Below, piece after piece: positions 41,162-54,192 of a DNA stretch of 64,000 bases. The stretch lies in NCBI GenBank assembly GCA_904063045.1, contig CAJFCJ010000013.1:473954-537953 (forward strand), written 5' to 3'. The notes beneath the pieces are model-generated. The model ran no database searches. It was not told the origin of the DNA and saw only the letters and a program-made list of their open reading frames with translations. This DNA is from Dimorphilus gyrociliatus (Eukaryota; Animalia; Annelida). Both the position numbers and the translations under genes were made by a program. Position 1 is the stretch's first letter, and each line of letters opens with the position of its first letter.

Positions 41162-44100
41162 TCATTTACTATCCGCTGAGAAATTAACTTTTTTTTGCTT
41201 TTCCTCAGTTATAGTATCACCCTGATTTCTTTCATTTTCCTCTTTTGCCGCTCTCTCCTGTCTAGAATCACAAACCAATTGTAGACAAGTAGCTAAATCA
41301 GTCGGTTCGAGCTCATTTTTATCTGTTTTTAATGAAGGAAATATTGAATAATGTATCATAAATACATCAACATTTATTATTACTAAAATGAATGAAACAC
41401 GGAGAATTAAATGGTTTATTAAGAAAAAAAATCATGTTCTTTTCTTTTCTAAATGTAATTTTATATTTTTAGTTTTTTGTTCCTGTCCATTTATTAATAA
41501 CCTTTAAGGCTTCTTCTTCAGTAGTCAATCTTTCAAGGACTTCGGTCGAAAGATTTACTTCCTCTTGTCCTATTACCTTTACATAAACCTTTGCTAAGGG
41601 AACTAATTTAGATTCAATAAGAGTAATATTTGCATTCTTTAAAATTTTTTTTGGTGGAGTAGTGTAAAGCTGAATTTCAAATTTCCCAGCAATGCATTTA
41701 GTTATGAAATTATAAACTGAATCTAAGCTCTCGGAAGGTTTAAAACAAGCTTGTAGAATTAAGCGATTAGAAAAGACAAATCGAATTATTGCTCTTTCAT
41801 ATATAGAAAATCTAGAATTCATCACTTCTTGTCTAAACTTTTGAGTTAGCAGTGGCTGGTTATAAGCATTTTCCACTGATGCCCGTAAAGCTTCCATCAT
41901 TTTTCTAACGTCATTGACAGTAACTTCGAAAAATTCGTCCGATTCTTCCAGTGGTTTAAAATCCGGAGCTTCAGCGGAATTGTATAACTTGGTTTCTCTA
42001 TCTAATAATTCGTCCACTACGCTACTCTCCTTATTATCAAGTTTAGCTACTGTAGGCTCACGTGCAACCGTAGTAGCATCCTCATCCATTTTAGGCTTTT
42101 TTTGCACTGGATCTGAAGTTATTTCTGATTCTGATGACTGTCTACTAGTATCCACTAATACTTGGGAATTTTCTGCAGTTAAGTAACGGATAATTGCCCT
42201 GCCTCCAAATAGGCCTAAATTTCGAAGTTGGGTCTTCTTAAGGGTCTCTTTACCAGCTATTCTCTCGGTTATATAGAGACAAACGTGATCTGAATCTTGA
42301 GTTTGTGCGAATACTCGTCTTACATCGTCCGTTGTTTTAGCTAAGCTTTCCTCTAGAATGTCCCATAAAGTCTTCTCAGGCCCGTGCTCTTGAATAGTTC
42401 GACTACCATCTTGAAATTGTATTGCTACCATAACTGGTTCTTCCTTTCTTTCTCCATCTGATTCAACTAGTTCCAACTTTGAGCGGTTGGGCAATCCGGA
42501 ATATCGAAATGATAATGTCAGATCAAGTTTCTTCTTTCCGTGCTTCAGTATATATTGACTGGGAGGTACAAATTTTTGCTTTAAACAAACTTCTTCCAGA
42601 ACTTGAAGCATTGAGCTTTTTGCAGTTACTTTTACTCTTTGCCAACGCCCATTCGGGCAGACGATTTCAACAAATGTTGACATTACTGATAAGATACTTT
42701 TTGGGAAATATTTGTAGATATGTTCCTTCAGAGTTAGTTACAGATACAAAAAGAAACTCAATGTTTTCCGTTGACAACCTCTTTAGCAAAATATGGACAC
42801 TTACATAGCGGATTGGTATTCGATAGAGAAAACTACCGGAAACGCGACTGAATGTTTTGTGATTTTTTTGCGCGAAAATGTCATATGTTTTAAATACTAA
42901 TAACTTGCCTATAACAGCCCAAGCTTCTACACCATCAATAATAGGATTCATCCAAGTTGATCTTCTCTTTCCAGCAAAGCCAGTGCTTGGTGGCGGGTAT
43001 AGCTCAAAAAGTATTTCCACTATTTCATGCTTTTTGAACAGTGTTGTTGGCGTTAGATTTTTACCTATATTGAAAAAAAATTGATATTAGATATTTTTGT
43101 TTGACTAATTAACAAACAGTTATCATATCAATATTTACCTCGATATATAAAATCCAAGGCCTCTCTAACCTCAGGCAGCGATGGATATAAGTGACACTCT
43201 TTTAAAAAGTCCATTAATGAGCCTAACTCAATTTCTCCATTGAATTGGAGTTTATCAAAAGTTTGTTCATACTCTGTATAAAACAGAAATATATAGAAAT
43301 CATTAGGATAAAAGGCAGCTAATTAAAAAAATTATCAACTTCTTTTAGCATCCATGAAACGATCAACCTCGGATAGATTGAAAGGGGTTTTGGGCCTTTC
43401 AATACCATGACGCACTTGAATTCGACGGACTAGAGCTTTATACTGAGAAGTGAATTTTGACCAATCACTTGCATGACTTTGGCATTTTCTTCTTAATTTT
43501 TCCATATTACGTCTTAAAAGGAAACCTCTAACGGTACTTTGAATTTTTGTAGCTCTTTTATTGTATTCTTTAACATCTAAATGTTTTGGTGGATTGAAAG
43601 CGCTGCAGGCAAATATCCAAGTTAAATTGCATATAATTCAAGACAACTGAATTTAAATAAATCTTACTCGTATACTTCAACATGTGGCCCAATCCTAGAA
43701 AGTTTATCCTTCTTTGATTGATTTTCATTTAAAAGCGCTTTTTTAGTATTTTCTACTTTAAATTGCCGTAACTTTTTCTTCTCTTCAAGCCATTGTTGAT
43801 ACTCTCCCTCCCAATCGGATTGATCATGATCCGAGTTTCGATTGTTTATACCTTTTAATCGCTGTTTATGTGCATAATATTCTCTGTACGGAAATGTAAT
43901 TATTACAATTCTTATTGTAAACTATACAAAGAGTAGATACTAACTTTTCAGAATTAACTTGCGCCAATCTAGCATCCTCTCGTTTCATTCTAAATTCTCT
44001 TCTTAAATATAAATACCTTGATCTTGTAACATAACCACGGAAGATTCGTTGTATATCAACAGCTGCTTTGTGTCTTCTCGTTTGTTCATTAGCCAAACGC

Positions 44101-47100
44101 TCCTCGTTGACGTTATTAACTATTAAATAGTGAGCGATTGGCCGGCCAGAACATTTTTTCGAGCTCACTATTGATGATTTTGATTTTATAGTTGATGAAG
44201 ATAATGGGCGTTCCCCTCTTGAAGATGCCGAGTTCATTCTATTGACGGAATGTTGCCTTTCGGTTAGCTGCAAGCTTTCTGCCCTTGCAATTAGTTGTTT
44301 TTCGTCCATATCAAATTTTGCTGTTGGTACTTTTATTGAATTATAAACATCCTGTTGAGTGCTCCAATTTTCAGATGAATTATGAATTTTAAGGTAAGAT
44401 CCTGAATGACTCCTGTAGAGCTGTCCCTTAGATTTTGGAGTTCTATAAACTACATCAGAAGTTGTTGGCCTTGGCATGAAGCGCATCACATGAATACCTG
44501 GTGGAATTTCCCCAGGCTGTACAATCTTTCTTTGATCAGGCTTGGGGGAGGAATACTGTTTGGGTGTTGATCGTCTAAGCGTAGAACCCATTCGAACCTT
44601 CTTGTTGAGATTTGATTTTTTATTACCGGAACCAACAATTTCCAACCTCTCCTGTCTTGGTAACGGAAGTTTATCGGAAGGATTCATAGGTTGTCTCATT
44701 TTTCCTGGTTTCTTCAAACATCCTCCTCTCGTAACCTGATAATTATTCAAATCGGGATAAGGGCTTTTCGACTCAATTTTAGGAGAGGGATTTGGAAGGG
44801 GATTATGATCAAATTTTACGTGTTCACTGCCCAATTCCAAAGTAATTTCTTCTTTTAACTTTTCCGTCTCTTCCATAATTTCATTCGCTTCCTCCTCTTT
44901 CCACTCAGCCGTCTTTTGTTATGTAAATATTTTGTAAAGAATGTAGTAAAAGAATATGGTAAATTCTGTGTACCTCATAATTGTCATGCCATTGTTGATC
45001 ATTCGTTACTACAAAGTGATCTGTGGAATTCGGTACATTCATAACCGAATCGTGTCCTCTGTGAGAACAGTGATAATCACAACAGATAGAATGAATGAGA
45101 AGATAAATGCTAAAGAAAAAAACAAGAATAAATGGGGTACAAACCTCTCCTCTTGAGTGTTAATTGTTCTGGCACTTGGCAACCTGTCACCAACTGACAA
45201 AAAATGATAGATTAAGAAAGGATATACTAGATAAGTTAATACAAAAGTAAGAAAAATCTATTATACCCAACATAGACTTTGGGGCGCAAAATGATACGAA
45301 TTCCGTATGTTGAGGAGGTTGATTATCAATTTTTTTCATTTCCTATTTTTTACAAATTTATTTACTATTCGATTTTTCTATTGTCAATAAATAATTAATT
45401 TCGATATTTTTCTTACATGATATCCAAAATCAGAGTACTTTATCCTTTTCCTTCTCTTTTTGGACTTTTTTCCTAAACGTTGACTTGTTAGTAAAGTTTT
45501 AGAGATATTATCTTCAATAATAGTTGTTGTATGACTAGCGGCTTGACTCATCCTTTTATTCTTGCGGCTTGGCTGTGGATTATTTAAAATTAATAAAAAA
45601 TTTTCATATCTCCTTATCTTTTTCGTAATAATGAATGTGGACTATTTTAACGAGTAAAAAACATCATTATAAGCAGAAGAAAATATATGTATGAGAAGAG
45701 AAAAAATTTCTTTACCAGACTTTCTAATTCAAAGTTCAAGGCCTTCCGTCTTTCGGTAATATCCTTATTTAGCGAAGTTTGAAAGTATTAGTAAGTTTGT
45801 AAGAAAGATAGGAAGATGCTTTTTCATTAGAAAAACTCACATCATCTCTCGTCCAACGCTCCCGTGGTGTAGTGGGAGGCACTCTAGGTCGAATACTTCC
45901 TGTTGTACTACCCTGGCTCCTAAGAGATTTTCGTTCTTCGTCCAATTTTCTTACATAAGTATGATTTTCGAAACCTCTCTGAGAGCCTGATTTTATTGTA
46001 AATTTTCCAGATGAGGTATCCGGTGTTATTATTCCTCTCCAATCAACATAAATATCACCATCATTGCCGGAGATAGCTCCCGTACGATTGAAACTATCGA
46101 TGTTGGATTCTCTGTAAATTTGATAAAGTAGTTTTTTTTTTAGATACCAGAGTTTAATTTTGAAAATGTTTGCACTTTATGGAATAAAATAGGAAATTTT
46201 GTAAAATTAAAAAATATTTAAAAAAACAAAGTAATAATGGAAAAAAAAACAAAGTAAAATACAAAAAATAATATCATAATTAACTCGAAAATGCAATCGA
46301 AATAATAAAAAAATAAATGAAGATGGAGAATTTTTTCAAGGTATTTCTCAAATTTATTTTTGCACTCTCAATAACTTACGATCTTTCAAACGCGACCATT
46401 TTTTTTATCTTCTTTTTCATCCTACACTCATAATTTATACTTAATTAAACCGAATTCCAAAATAAACATAGCATAAAAGATTTTAATTTGTCACCTACCT
46501 ATCTGGTTCTGGTGTACAATGAGGTGGAATAGGATCCGATGAACTCATAGGACGACTACAAGAATTACTACTCTCTGATTTTGTCTCGTCTTTAATTGGA
46601 ATTTTCTCCAAAAGCGGCATATGGGAGTTTTCTCCCGCCATATCCTCTCCAACAGAATCAACAAGATTAACAACAGTTTTCAATTTAATACAATTTGAAG
46701 AATTATCTTTCTTTTCTATCTCACTACAAAAGTACACATTTCCATTATGATTATCATAATAAATAAAGGAGTCATTTTTATAATTAACCTTTTATTCACT
46801 GATTTATTAGCCGATAATAATCGATTTCGATCGTTTTTTCTTTGTGGAAAATAATTTTCAGTTTGAATTAAAAATTCAGTCAAAGGTTTCGATACTAATT
46901 CTCTTCCGGCTGGTTGGATATCATCTATATTCAATAATTGATTTAATAATAAATTAAAGAATTGAATAATTGATTAAATACTTTTAGTTGGTTGTACAGA
47001 AGCAAAATAGTTAATAACATCGCTAGTATACTCTTCATTCCTTATAAAACCGTCTGTATTTGGCTTTTGTAATTCGTCTACAGATTGTTAATTGATTATA

Positions 47101-48835
47101 TGTTGTTTTTATGGATTTAATATCAATTGTCAATACCTAAAATTTGCATATTTATATCCATATCTTTAACAACTCTTTCTAGTTTATTCATTTGAGCGGA
47201 TTTTCTTTCACTTGCGCTAAGAGGTCTTCCACTGGCGTCCGAAGCTGTGAAGTGTAACGGATATTTATTGACGAATAATGAATTAACTTAAAAGCTAAAA
47301 ATATTTTAAATAACGGAGAAAAAAAATACAAAAATAATATTCATTTCTTCCGTTTTAATCTATTGTGATAAAACAGATATTTATGAAAAAAGTCTAGCGG
47401 AAAGAGAAGAGATAAAGATTGAAGAAGATTTATTAGAGAAACGCTAAAATACAACTTTTTCAAACATTTCTTACCGTCTAAGCCGGAGAATGTTACTCTT
47501 TTTACTTTTATAAAACAATTCAAAGTTATTAGATGAAAATAAAAAGGGGGAAAATCGGTTATATAAAATTAATTTATTTTGACAAACAATGTAAACTTTT
47601 TTTTTTGTTAGTAAAAACTTTATTGTTGTTAACATTACAAGTAAAAATAAAGTAAAACGTACCTTTTGTTTTTGAGATTTGTTTATGTGTTTCGTTTCTC
47701 ATTGCGTCCATCTCTGATATTTGACGAGCAAGCGGGTTGACTAGATGGGAAAGCGGTAATATTGGCCTCTTTACCAATTCAACTTCTTGTCTATCATCTA
47801 TCCTCTCGGAATTAATAGAAGATCTTTTATATTCCGCAGTGCTCGGCCTCGATTCTTGTTTTATGAAAGATGAATTTTCTGAATTTGTCTATAAAATAAA
47901 GTAAACAATTATAGCGAATAAAACTATAAAATAGATAACAAACCGCAATTGTTGAAGCGGATTGAGGTCTACTAAGCCGTAAATCTTCCAGAAGAGCTTC
48001 GGGAGATGTTTTAAAGAGAAAAGAAGTTTTAGATTTTGAGTCATTCTCAGTCGTGACCTTATCTCTACCAAAACGCTAAAAAATCAAATACAAAGAGAGT
48101 GAAAAAAAAACTTATTAGGTTCTCCAATCTTCTATTTGGCAGATAAATATTACCGGTTTGGCGTAAAGAACGTGCCTATTCCCCAAATACCAGCCATATA
48201 TTTTTCTAAAGTTTGATATTTGCAGTTTGTGCTCTAATCTGTTTCCGAGTAAAGAAAAATCATTAATATTAATAATCTAGGGTGCTAAAGACTATAGATC
48301 CATTTAAAGATTTCATAGCAGAGTTATTTAAACCTATTAAAAGATTAGTAATAAAGACGAAAGCTTTCGACAAAAGGGAGAATATCTATTGATTGTATTG
48401 TTTAGTTGTGTTGTTATTTGTTTGAATCTTGAAAGATTAGAGATTAGCAAAGTATTTCTTAAGGAAGATTACTTACCCTAGAGTCTCCAGCATCATTCTG
48501 ATGAGCATATAATAGAAGTTACTATCATGATGTAGTTGATCACTTTGTAGGAAAAGTTATATAAATTAGTTTTAACAACTTTCTACAGCATAATTTATTT
48601 ACATTGAATCCTTTGGTGTGCCTGTCAAGTGCGCAAGTTCTATTTCTCTAAAATGCTGGTTTATTTCTGCATGCAATTCTTTAAATTCTTTAATTTTCAT
48701 TAGCTAAACGTGTTTAAATTATGAATATACAATGCTAGTGTAAAAGAAGAAAAAGACTACTTTGCACGGTTCCAATCTCTTCAATCCCCGGCTGATTGTA
48801 TTTATTCTATCCAAAACAGATGGTGGAGCGGGCAT
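41162..48835 (-). CDS. IQCM: IQCM-like IQ-motif protein with long N-terminal extension, many exons; final intron is GC-AG (42908-41323)
   Basis: IQ motif IQRIFRGYVTR. Blocks DWRGI, RRIQVRHG..NLSEVDRFMD, ECHLYPS, KHEIVEILFELYPP, STWMNPIIDGVE and LQLVCDSRQER match recalled human IQCM blocks in order. Continuity of all 5' exons into one gene is inferred from manual phase matching. Confidence 0.72.
41469..42683 (-). CDS. ASPSCR1: TUG/ASPL (tether containing UBX domain for GLUT4), single exon, 404 aa
   Basis: N-terminal UBL (PNGRWQRVKV..LSFRYSGLPNRSKLELV), second UBL, FFEVTVNDVRK and extended UBX (IRFVFSNRLILQACFKPSE..YTTPP..LVP). Confidence 0.92.
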   Translation of the reverse strand: MSTFVEIVCPNGRWQRVKVTAKSSMLQVLEEVCLKQKFVPPSQYILKHGKKKLDLTLSFRYSGLPNRSKLELVESDGERKEEPVMVAIQFQDGSRTIQEHGPEKTLWDILEESLAKTTDDVRRVFAQTQDSDHVCLYITERIAGKETLKKTQLRNLGLFGGRAIIRYLTAENSQVLVDTSRQSSESEITSDPVQKKPKMDEDATTVAREPTVAKLDNKESSVVDELLDRETKLYNSAEAPDFKPLEESDEFFEVTVNDVRKMMEALRASVENAYNQPLLTQKFRQEVMNSRFSIYERAIIRFVFSNRLILQACFKPSESLDSVYNFITKCIAGKFEIQLYTTPPKKILKNANITLIESKLVPLAKVYVKVIGQEEVNLSTEVLERLTTEEEALKVINKWTGTKN

Positions 48836-48970
48836 TTTAGTTGACAAAAAAATATATTAATTTTCATATATTGATTGTCAAAACTCTTTTAATGTGTTAT
48901 TCAAAAAAACAGCTCTTCAAAGTAAAAACACTCCACACTGCTCTATTCGGTTTGCCCGCCATTTTGATTT

Positions 48971-48984
48971 GTTGTTATGGAAAT
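48971..48984. promoter_or_regulatory. X-box (RFX)-like GTTGTTATGGAAAT upstream of the IQCM-like gene
   Basis: Near-match to the GTHNYY-AT-RRNAAC X-box consensus, ~140 nt upstream of the ATG at 48835. Confidence 0.4.
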
Positions 48985-49531
48985 AGCAGTTGTCATACTT
49001 CCGGATAAAATTGTATTCTCTTCGATAAAAGTTTATTTAGTCTCTAGTATTTGACAATGTACAACCCTAAAATTTTCCAGACTAATGTACGATGATTTAG
49101 AAGGAAACTTCCGGTTAATTCCCGCCCTTAGAACAGTGATAACATTGATAAAGTTATCTCTTCCTTTTAAACATTTTCATTCATCAAATATAATTGTTCA
49201 AACCCTATCTAAACTAATTTTGTATGCCCTATTGCATAGATAATAGTCTTATCTTCAACTTTCTTTTGACATAAAATAAATACAAGTGAGAATTAGCTAC
49301 CGAAAATTCTTTATTTATTTATGATTATCTAAAGAATAAATAGTGTATTGTTGAGAAAGGACGAATAAAAGAATATAAAGGTAATTTTTATTCATTTATT
49401 TATAATTTATTAATTTATAGATGAAAAAAATGAGCAATTGGAAAGAGTCTTGGTAGAAGTTTTTAATTAGTAGTTGTAGAATATTCAACACAACAATTAG
49501 AAAAAGAAGCTTTCAAGTAGATAACGCTAAG

Positions 49532-52500
49532 TCAACATACTGAAATTAAAAGAAACTTAACAAAAGTGTAACAAAATAAATTAATTTTAGCTTACCTCCT
49601 GTAAAGGCATTGTTGGTTCGTCATTTTCGTTTTTGTTCGCTTCAAAACATTCTATAATGGAACATATTATTAGAAATTGGTAATTTTCTTTTTTCGACAA
49701 CTAATAATGTAATAAACCCTAAAACGTAGAAATAAAATAGAAAATAAATCTCACCGAATGCTATTTGAAGCTTGATCAAACAGTGAGCATAGCTGGAGAA
49801 ATAAATACGCCCTTTTTCGTCCGCAAATTTCTTAACAATATCCTCATATACCCGATTACTTAGGCAATAACCTATATAAATATTTCATTGTATATATGTA
49901 TATATATAGTAAATAACTGTATTTAAAAACTTACCACTTGATTGCAACGCTTCCCTTAATTCGTAATTATCAAAATAGTCGCTCTTATCAATATCGAATT
50001 TATCAAAGTTTGTCTAAATTTTTCAAACAACAATTATTAACGAATAATACCTTTTATTCATTATATTTATAGACTTTATTACCTTCCAATTGTCTAAAAG
50101 TACCCATAATTCTTGGAATTCGTTGATATTTAACGTCCAATTGCTGTCCGTCTGGTTTAAAGTGTTAAAGGTTAATCTTTAACTAAATTGTTTAACGTTT
50201 TAACTTACGTCTTTCAAAGCGATTAAGGATTTACAAATCTCAGTATCAAAATCTGGCATTTTCTTGTCTAATTAACAAAATATTTAAAGATAATTTACAA
50301 TAATTACAGATAAGATAACGACGTACGTTTAACAAAAGTTTTGTTGAGTAGTTTCTTAAGTTCAAAAGCGTCAATTTGGTCATCGTCTTGAGCATATTTC
50401 TTGAATTCGGCTTCGGCCTGGCGCCTAACGGCTGCTGTTAGTGGTCCAGATACATCTGGAGAAGAAAATGACGTTGTTGGCATATCGGATGGTCTGAAAG
50501 GGAATAAAATTTTATTTAAAAAAAAACGACTAATTAAATACGAACTTCACACTTGACGGTTTTTCAGAAAAGACTCTTAAAAGGAATTTCCTTTCTTGAT
50601 TAGGTTCGAATGTTGACGGAATAACAATATATTCTCCTGGTTCTAATAAATGCCTTTGACAAACATCTCTTAAATTTATATAGGACGACGTAACAACAGG
50701 CCTATTGTTTGAAAAAAAATCCTTTTTCAACGTTCCACAATAATCCGGTGCCTAGATAAAAGGTAATTTGTTATAATACGAATAAATAATCAATATTTAT
50801 AAAATACTACCTTGAATATTTCATATCCTATAGTTATATTACCTCCAGTCTCGTTTGACTGTTTTGAATTACATATTTGAGTTAACGAAACGATAATTGT
50901 TCCTAATTCGTCGTCATCGTCAGCATCCTCCACTTGAATTCGAAATTGGGGATTTATATGATAAGTTTCTAATAATGAAAAAGCATTAAATGACTTTTAT
51001 TAAGAATTATATGAAAATTATCTAAAGTTTACTTTTAAAATTCCTACATCCTCCGGCCGAAACTCCTTTCTTCCAGGCAGAATGTATAGAAACTGAGTTC
51101 CATTTCATTTTTTCATTAGTATCCATTATATCACCAATATTCCAGTGACAGATTTCTAATCGTTCAAAGTTAGAAATGAAATCCTTGTAAGACATCCAAA
51201 ATTCCCCATCGGCTTCAAAGGTAAGACCCAATTCCTGCCTTTGACGGGGTTCAATGGAGTTCCATTGACGTGATTGATCGCTCCATTCACCTTTCCATTC
51301 GAACTCATTGCCCCATGGATTTCGAATTCTAACCAAGTTAAGATTACCATCTGAACTTTCAAGCTAAACGAGTTTACAGTTATACGAAAACGGCTAATAA
51401 ATTGGCTTAGAGGATAAACATACCTGTTTAACATCAGTAATCGAATAGGCATGTCCCTTTAACAAACCGTTTTCCAATTTTTCCTCAACAACATCAGGAT
51501 TTGCCTTTTTTGATTAAAATAGATATATTAGATATATTTTATTAGTCATAAATAATGTTAACAAACATCTATTGAACAGCCGAGTAAAGATCCGTGTTCA
51601 ATTGATTTGAACATTATGTAGAACAAGTCATCTGGTATTTTAGACTTGAGATTGAATCTTTCAACGACTCCTCCTGTAAGATCGGTCATTGCATCGCTAC
51701 TCTGACCTCCAGTTAACGATTCGTAACAGCCGTATATCCTGTTAAAAAATAACATAATCATTCGTATAAGGGCTTTACATGGATGAAAGATTTTACTTGG
51801 CAAAAGCCTTTTCTACGAGAGCTGACCAAAATTCATCTTCGGATGATGAATGCATGTAAATCAATCTATTCTGATAAACAGGTAATTTATCATCAACGCA
51901 AATTTCTACCCATTTACCATATTGCCAAACATTAAAACGGAATATTCCTGAATAGTTGGAATGGAAATTTTGATTGGGAGGAACAACTCTATCGAAAAGA
52001 CTCCTCTGATTCGCCACACTTGAAAGCGCTGCCAGAAGCCAACAATCTCCGAGAGAGCCTTGCTTCACATCGAATCTTGATACTCCTTCAGAGATAAAGC
52101 GTGGATCTCTACATAATTCTCTTGGTCTTTTCCACTCCAAGTGTCTACCGGAACCTGAATGATATAGTGAATCTGCTGTAGGAGGAAAACTTGCGTCTCT
52201 CCACAATTCATTGTTTTTATGGCAATCATTCTTCAAAACTTTAAAATTTTGCTCACTTTCATTTGATCTTTTCTTTGATTGTTTCTTCTTATCATTCTTC
52301 CTTTTTTTACGCCTTTTTCTATCATCTTCGGCGTCTTCTTCCGAATCGCTTAAACCAAATAGCTTTCTAAGGAAAGATGGTAATTGTTGTTCATGACATT
52401 CTTCTTTCTGTATTGGGTCATTCATTGCTATTGAACGTTTAACTTCAGGTACTTTTTCGAATCTAACGCTTCTTTCATCGTTTTTGGAAGACAGTAATCT

Positions 52501-53731
52501 GTTAGAAGTTGGTTTTTTAGGTGTTGCTGACTTTAAATTAAGTTCTTGGATAATTCGTTCAGCATTTTCTACTCCCCAGAAGTTAATCTGTGTTCCTGAT
52601 TTATTGACAAATTTCATTGTAGGCTTACTATCTTCTAACACTTGTTTAGAATGATCAGTTCTCGTTTCAAGCTCATCCTCATTTTTTTTTGGATCAAAAC
52701 GGCTCAATCTATTAGATAAGGATGGTTTTTGAAGAGGTAGATTGTCGGACTTTTTAGGTTCCAAGAGAGGTGAATCTGGCTTTCTATAAGTTCGGGGAGT
52801 TTTCAAGAGTACGTCTGTGGACAATGATGGGCGGGGAGACTGACTTCTGTAAGATGTATTACTATATCTTGACCTTATGTCATCCAAATCGGTTAAAAAC
52901 TCTGAAGATTCTTCAACATCTTCAAACTTTTCATCGTATCTCTTTTCATTTTCCTTTGGTCCTTCCCAAACAACTGGAGGCTCGTAGTGACTATCGTACC
53001 TTTGACTGAAACGAGAATCATGAGACAGACGAGCTGGTAAATCTTGATATTCATCCTTTCTAGATAAAAAATAGTTATCTTCATCGCTACCGAAGTCGAC
53101 CATCGTTGGAGTGAAAGTGCTACTTCGCATTGACGGCATTTGATATTTTGGTCTGGAACTTTGTGCAAAATAATAATCTAACTCCGAATCGAAAGAGTCG
53201 ACATCGTCATTATCCGTGTGAGAAATTTCAGAAGAATATAGATTACTCGATTCTTCAATATCATCTAACTCTTCATCGTCCATCCTTTGAACTACAAAAG
53301 TCTTCATACTAATTTTACTTACTTCGCTGGAGATTCTTTAAAAAAATACAAATAAATGGAAATATTATAAATTGAAGTCTTTCAAATTATTAATTTTCTT
53401 ACTTATGTAAAGCAACAGCTTTAATTGTTCGCTCCCCTGGTTTTAACGTGAATCTACCTTTATATTGGAATGTTACTCCCCTTCCGGGAGTTGTTGATAA
53501 CGGGTCGGGAATTGATTCGTCGGTCGTAAAAAACATTCGACATTGCGGAGTGTCTGTAAAAATAATTCATAAAGTGTAAATTATATAGAAGAGAAAGGAA
53601 TATAATTAAAACCTATTACCAGTTGAAATATCTATATATGTTGCATTTGTTATGCAAGTTGGATCTCCTATCGCATCAGGAGTCAATGCAACAATCCTAG
53701 GTGCAGACGGTCTTCTGCCAATACCTGGCAT
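49532..53731 (-). CDS. Calpain (CysPc-C2-like-penta-EF) with N-terminal Fn3-associated/CHB_HEX_C-type domain and long disordered linker
   Basis: Catalytic triad intact: QGSLGDCW, GHAYSIT and RIRNPWG. Also SAGGCRN, NPQFRI, PSTFEP and penta-EF exons ending FLLISVC*. First exons encode FFTTDESIP..FQYKGRFTLKPGERTIKAVA. Confidence 0.9.
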
Positions 53732-53790
53732 CTTGAGGATTCAACAAAATAATACAATCCTTTCTTAGTATGATAAAATCTGTTTACAGA

Positions 53791-53804
53791 GTTGCTAAGG
53801 AATG
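53791..53804. promoter_or_regulatory. X-box (RFX)-like GTTGCTAAGGAATG upstream of the calpain
   Basis: Strong GTTGCT half-site 60 nt upstream of the ATG; second half is degenerate. Confidence 0.4.
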
Positions 53805-54176
53805 CGATGGCACTACCAGTTTTCTAAAGAAAAAAATTCTTCCCATATGATTTTAAAGGTTTTCTTTTTCCACCCAAAATAAAACTTTAATAAAATGGAA
53901 AATTGTATTTTATTAAATGAATATATTAATATATTTGTAATAGACTTCATGATATACTTATTTTAATAATTCCTCTTTGAATAGTATAACTAATAAGCAT
54001 TGTTTTACTCATTTAAATTGTTAGCTAATAAAGATATAACATTATTAGAAATTTTTATAACAAAAGCATGTATGGAATTTTTCACTAATTGTATTTAGCA
54101 CAAGTTTTCTATTAATAGTTTTTTTGAAAGCATTAAAAATTGATTGGTCACTTTCGAAAGCAAAGTAATAAGAATT

Positions 54177-54192
54177 ACAATAGGTGGCGCTG
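54177..54192 (+). promoter_or_regulatory. CTCF-like motif ACAATAGGTGGCGCTG between calpain and SETD1
   Basis: The core AGGTGGCGC matches the CTCF consensus and is an isolated GC island in very AT-rich intergenic DNA. Confidence 0.45.

Noticed and set aside
41162-41359. Stand-alone 65-aa ORF
   Set aside because: Better explained as the terminal IQCM exon (acceptor at 41323).
42667-42908. Read-through C-terminus of ORF 42667..43020 as the IQCM end
   Set aside because: The GC donor plus downstream exon matches IQCM better; this stretch is more likely intron and TUG promoter.
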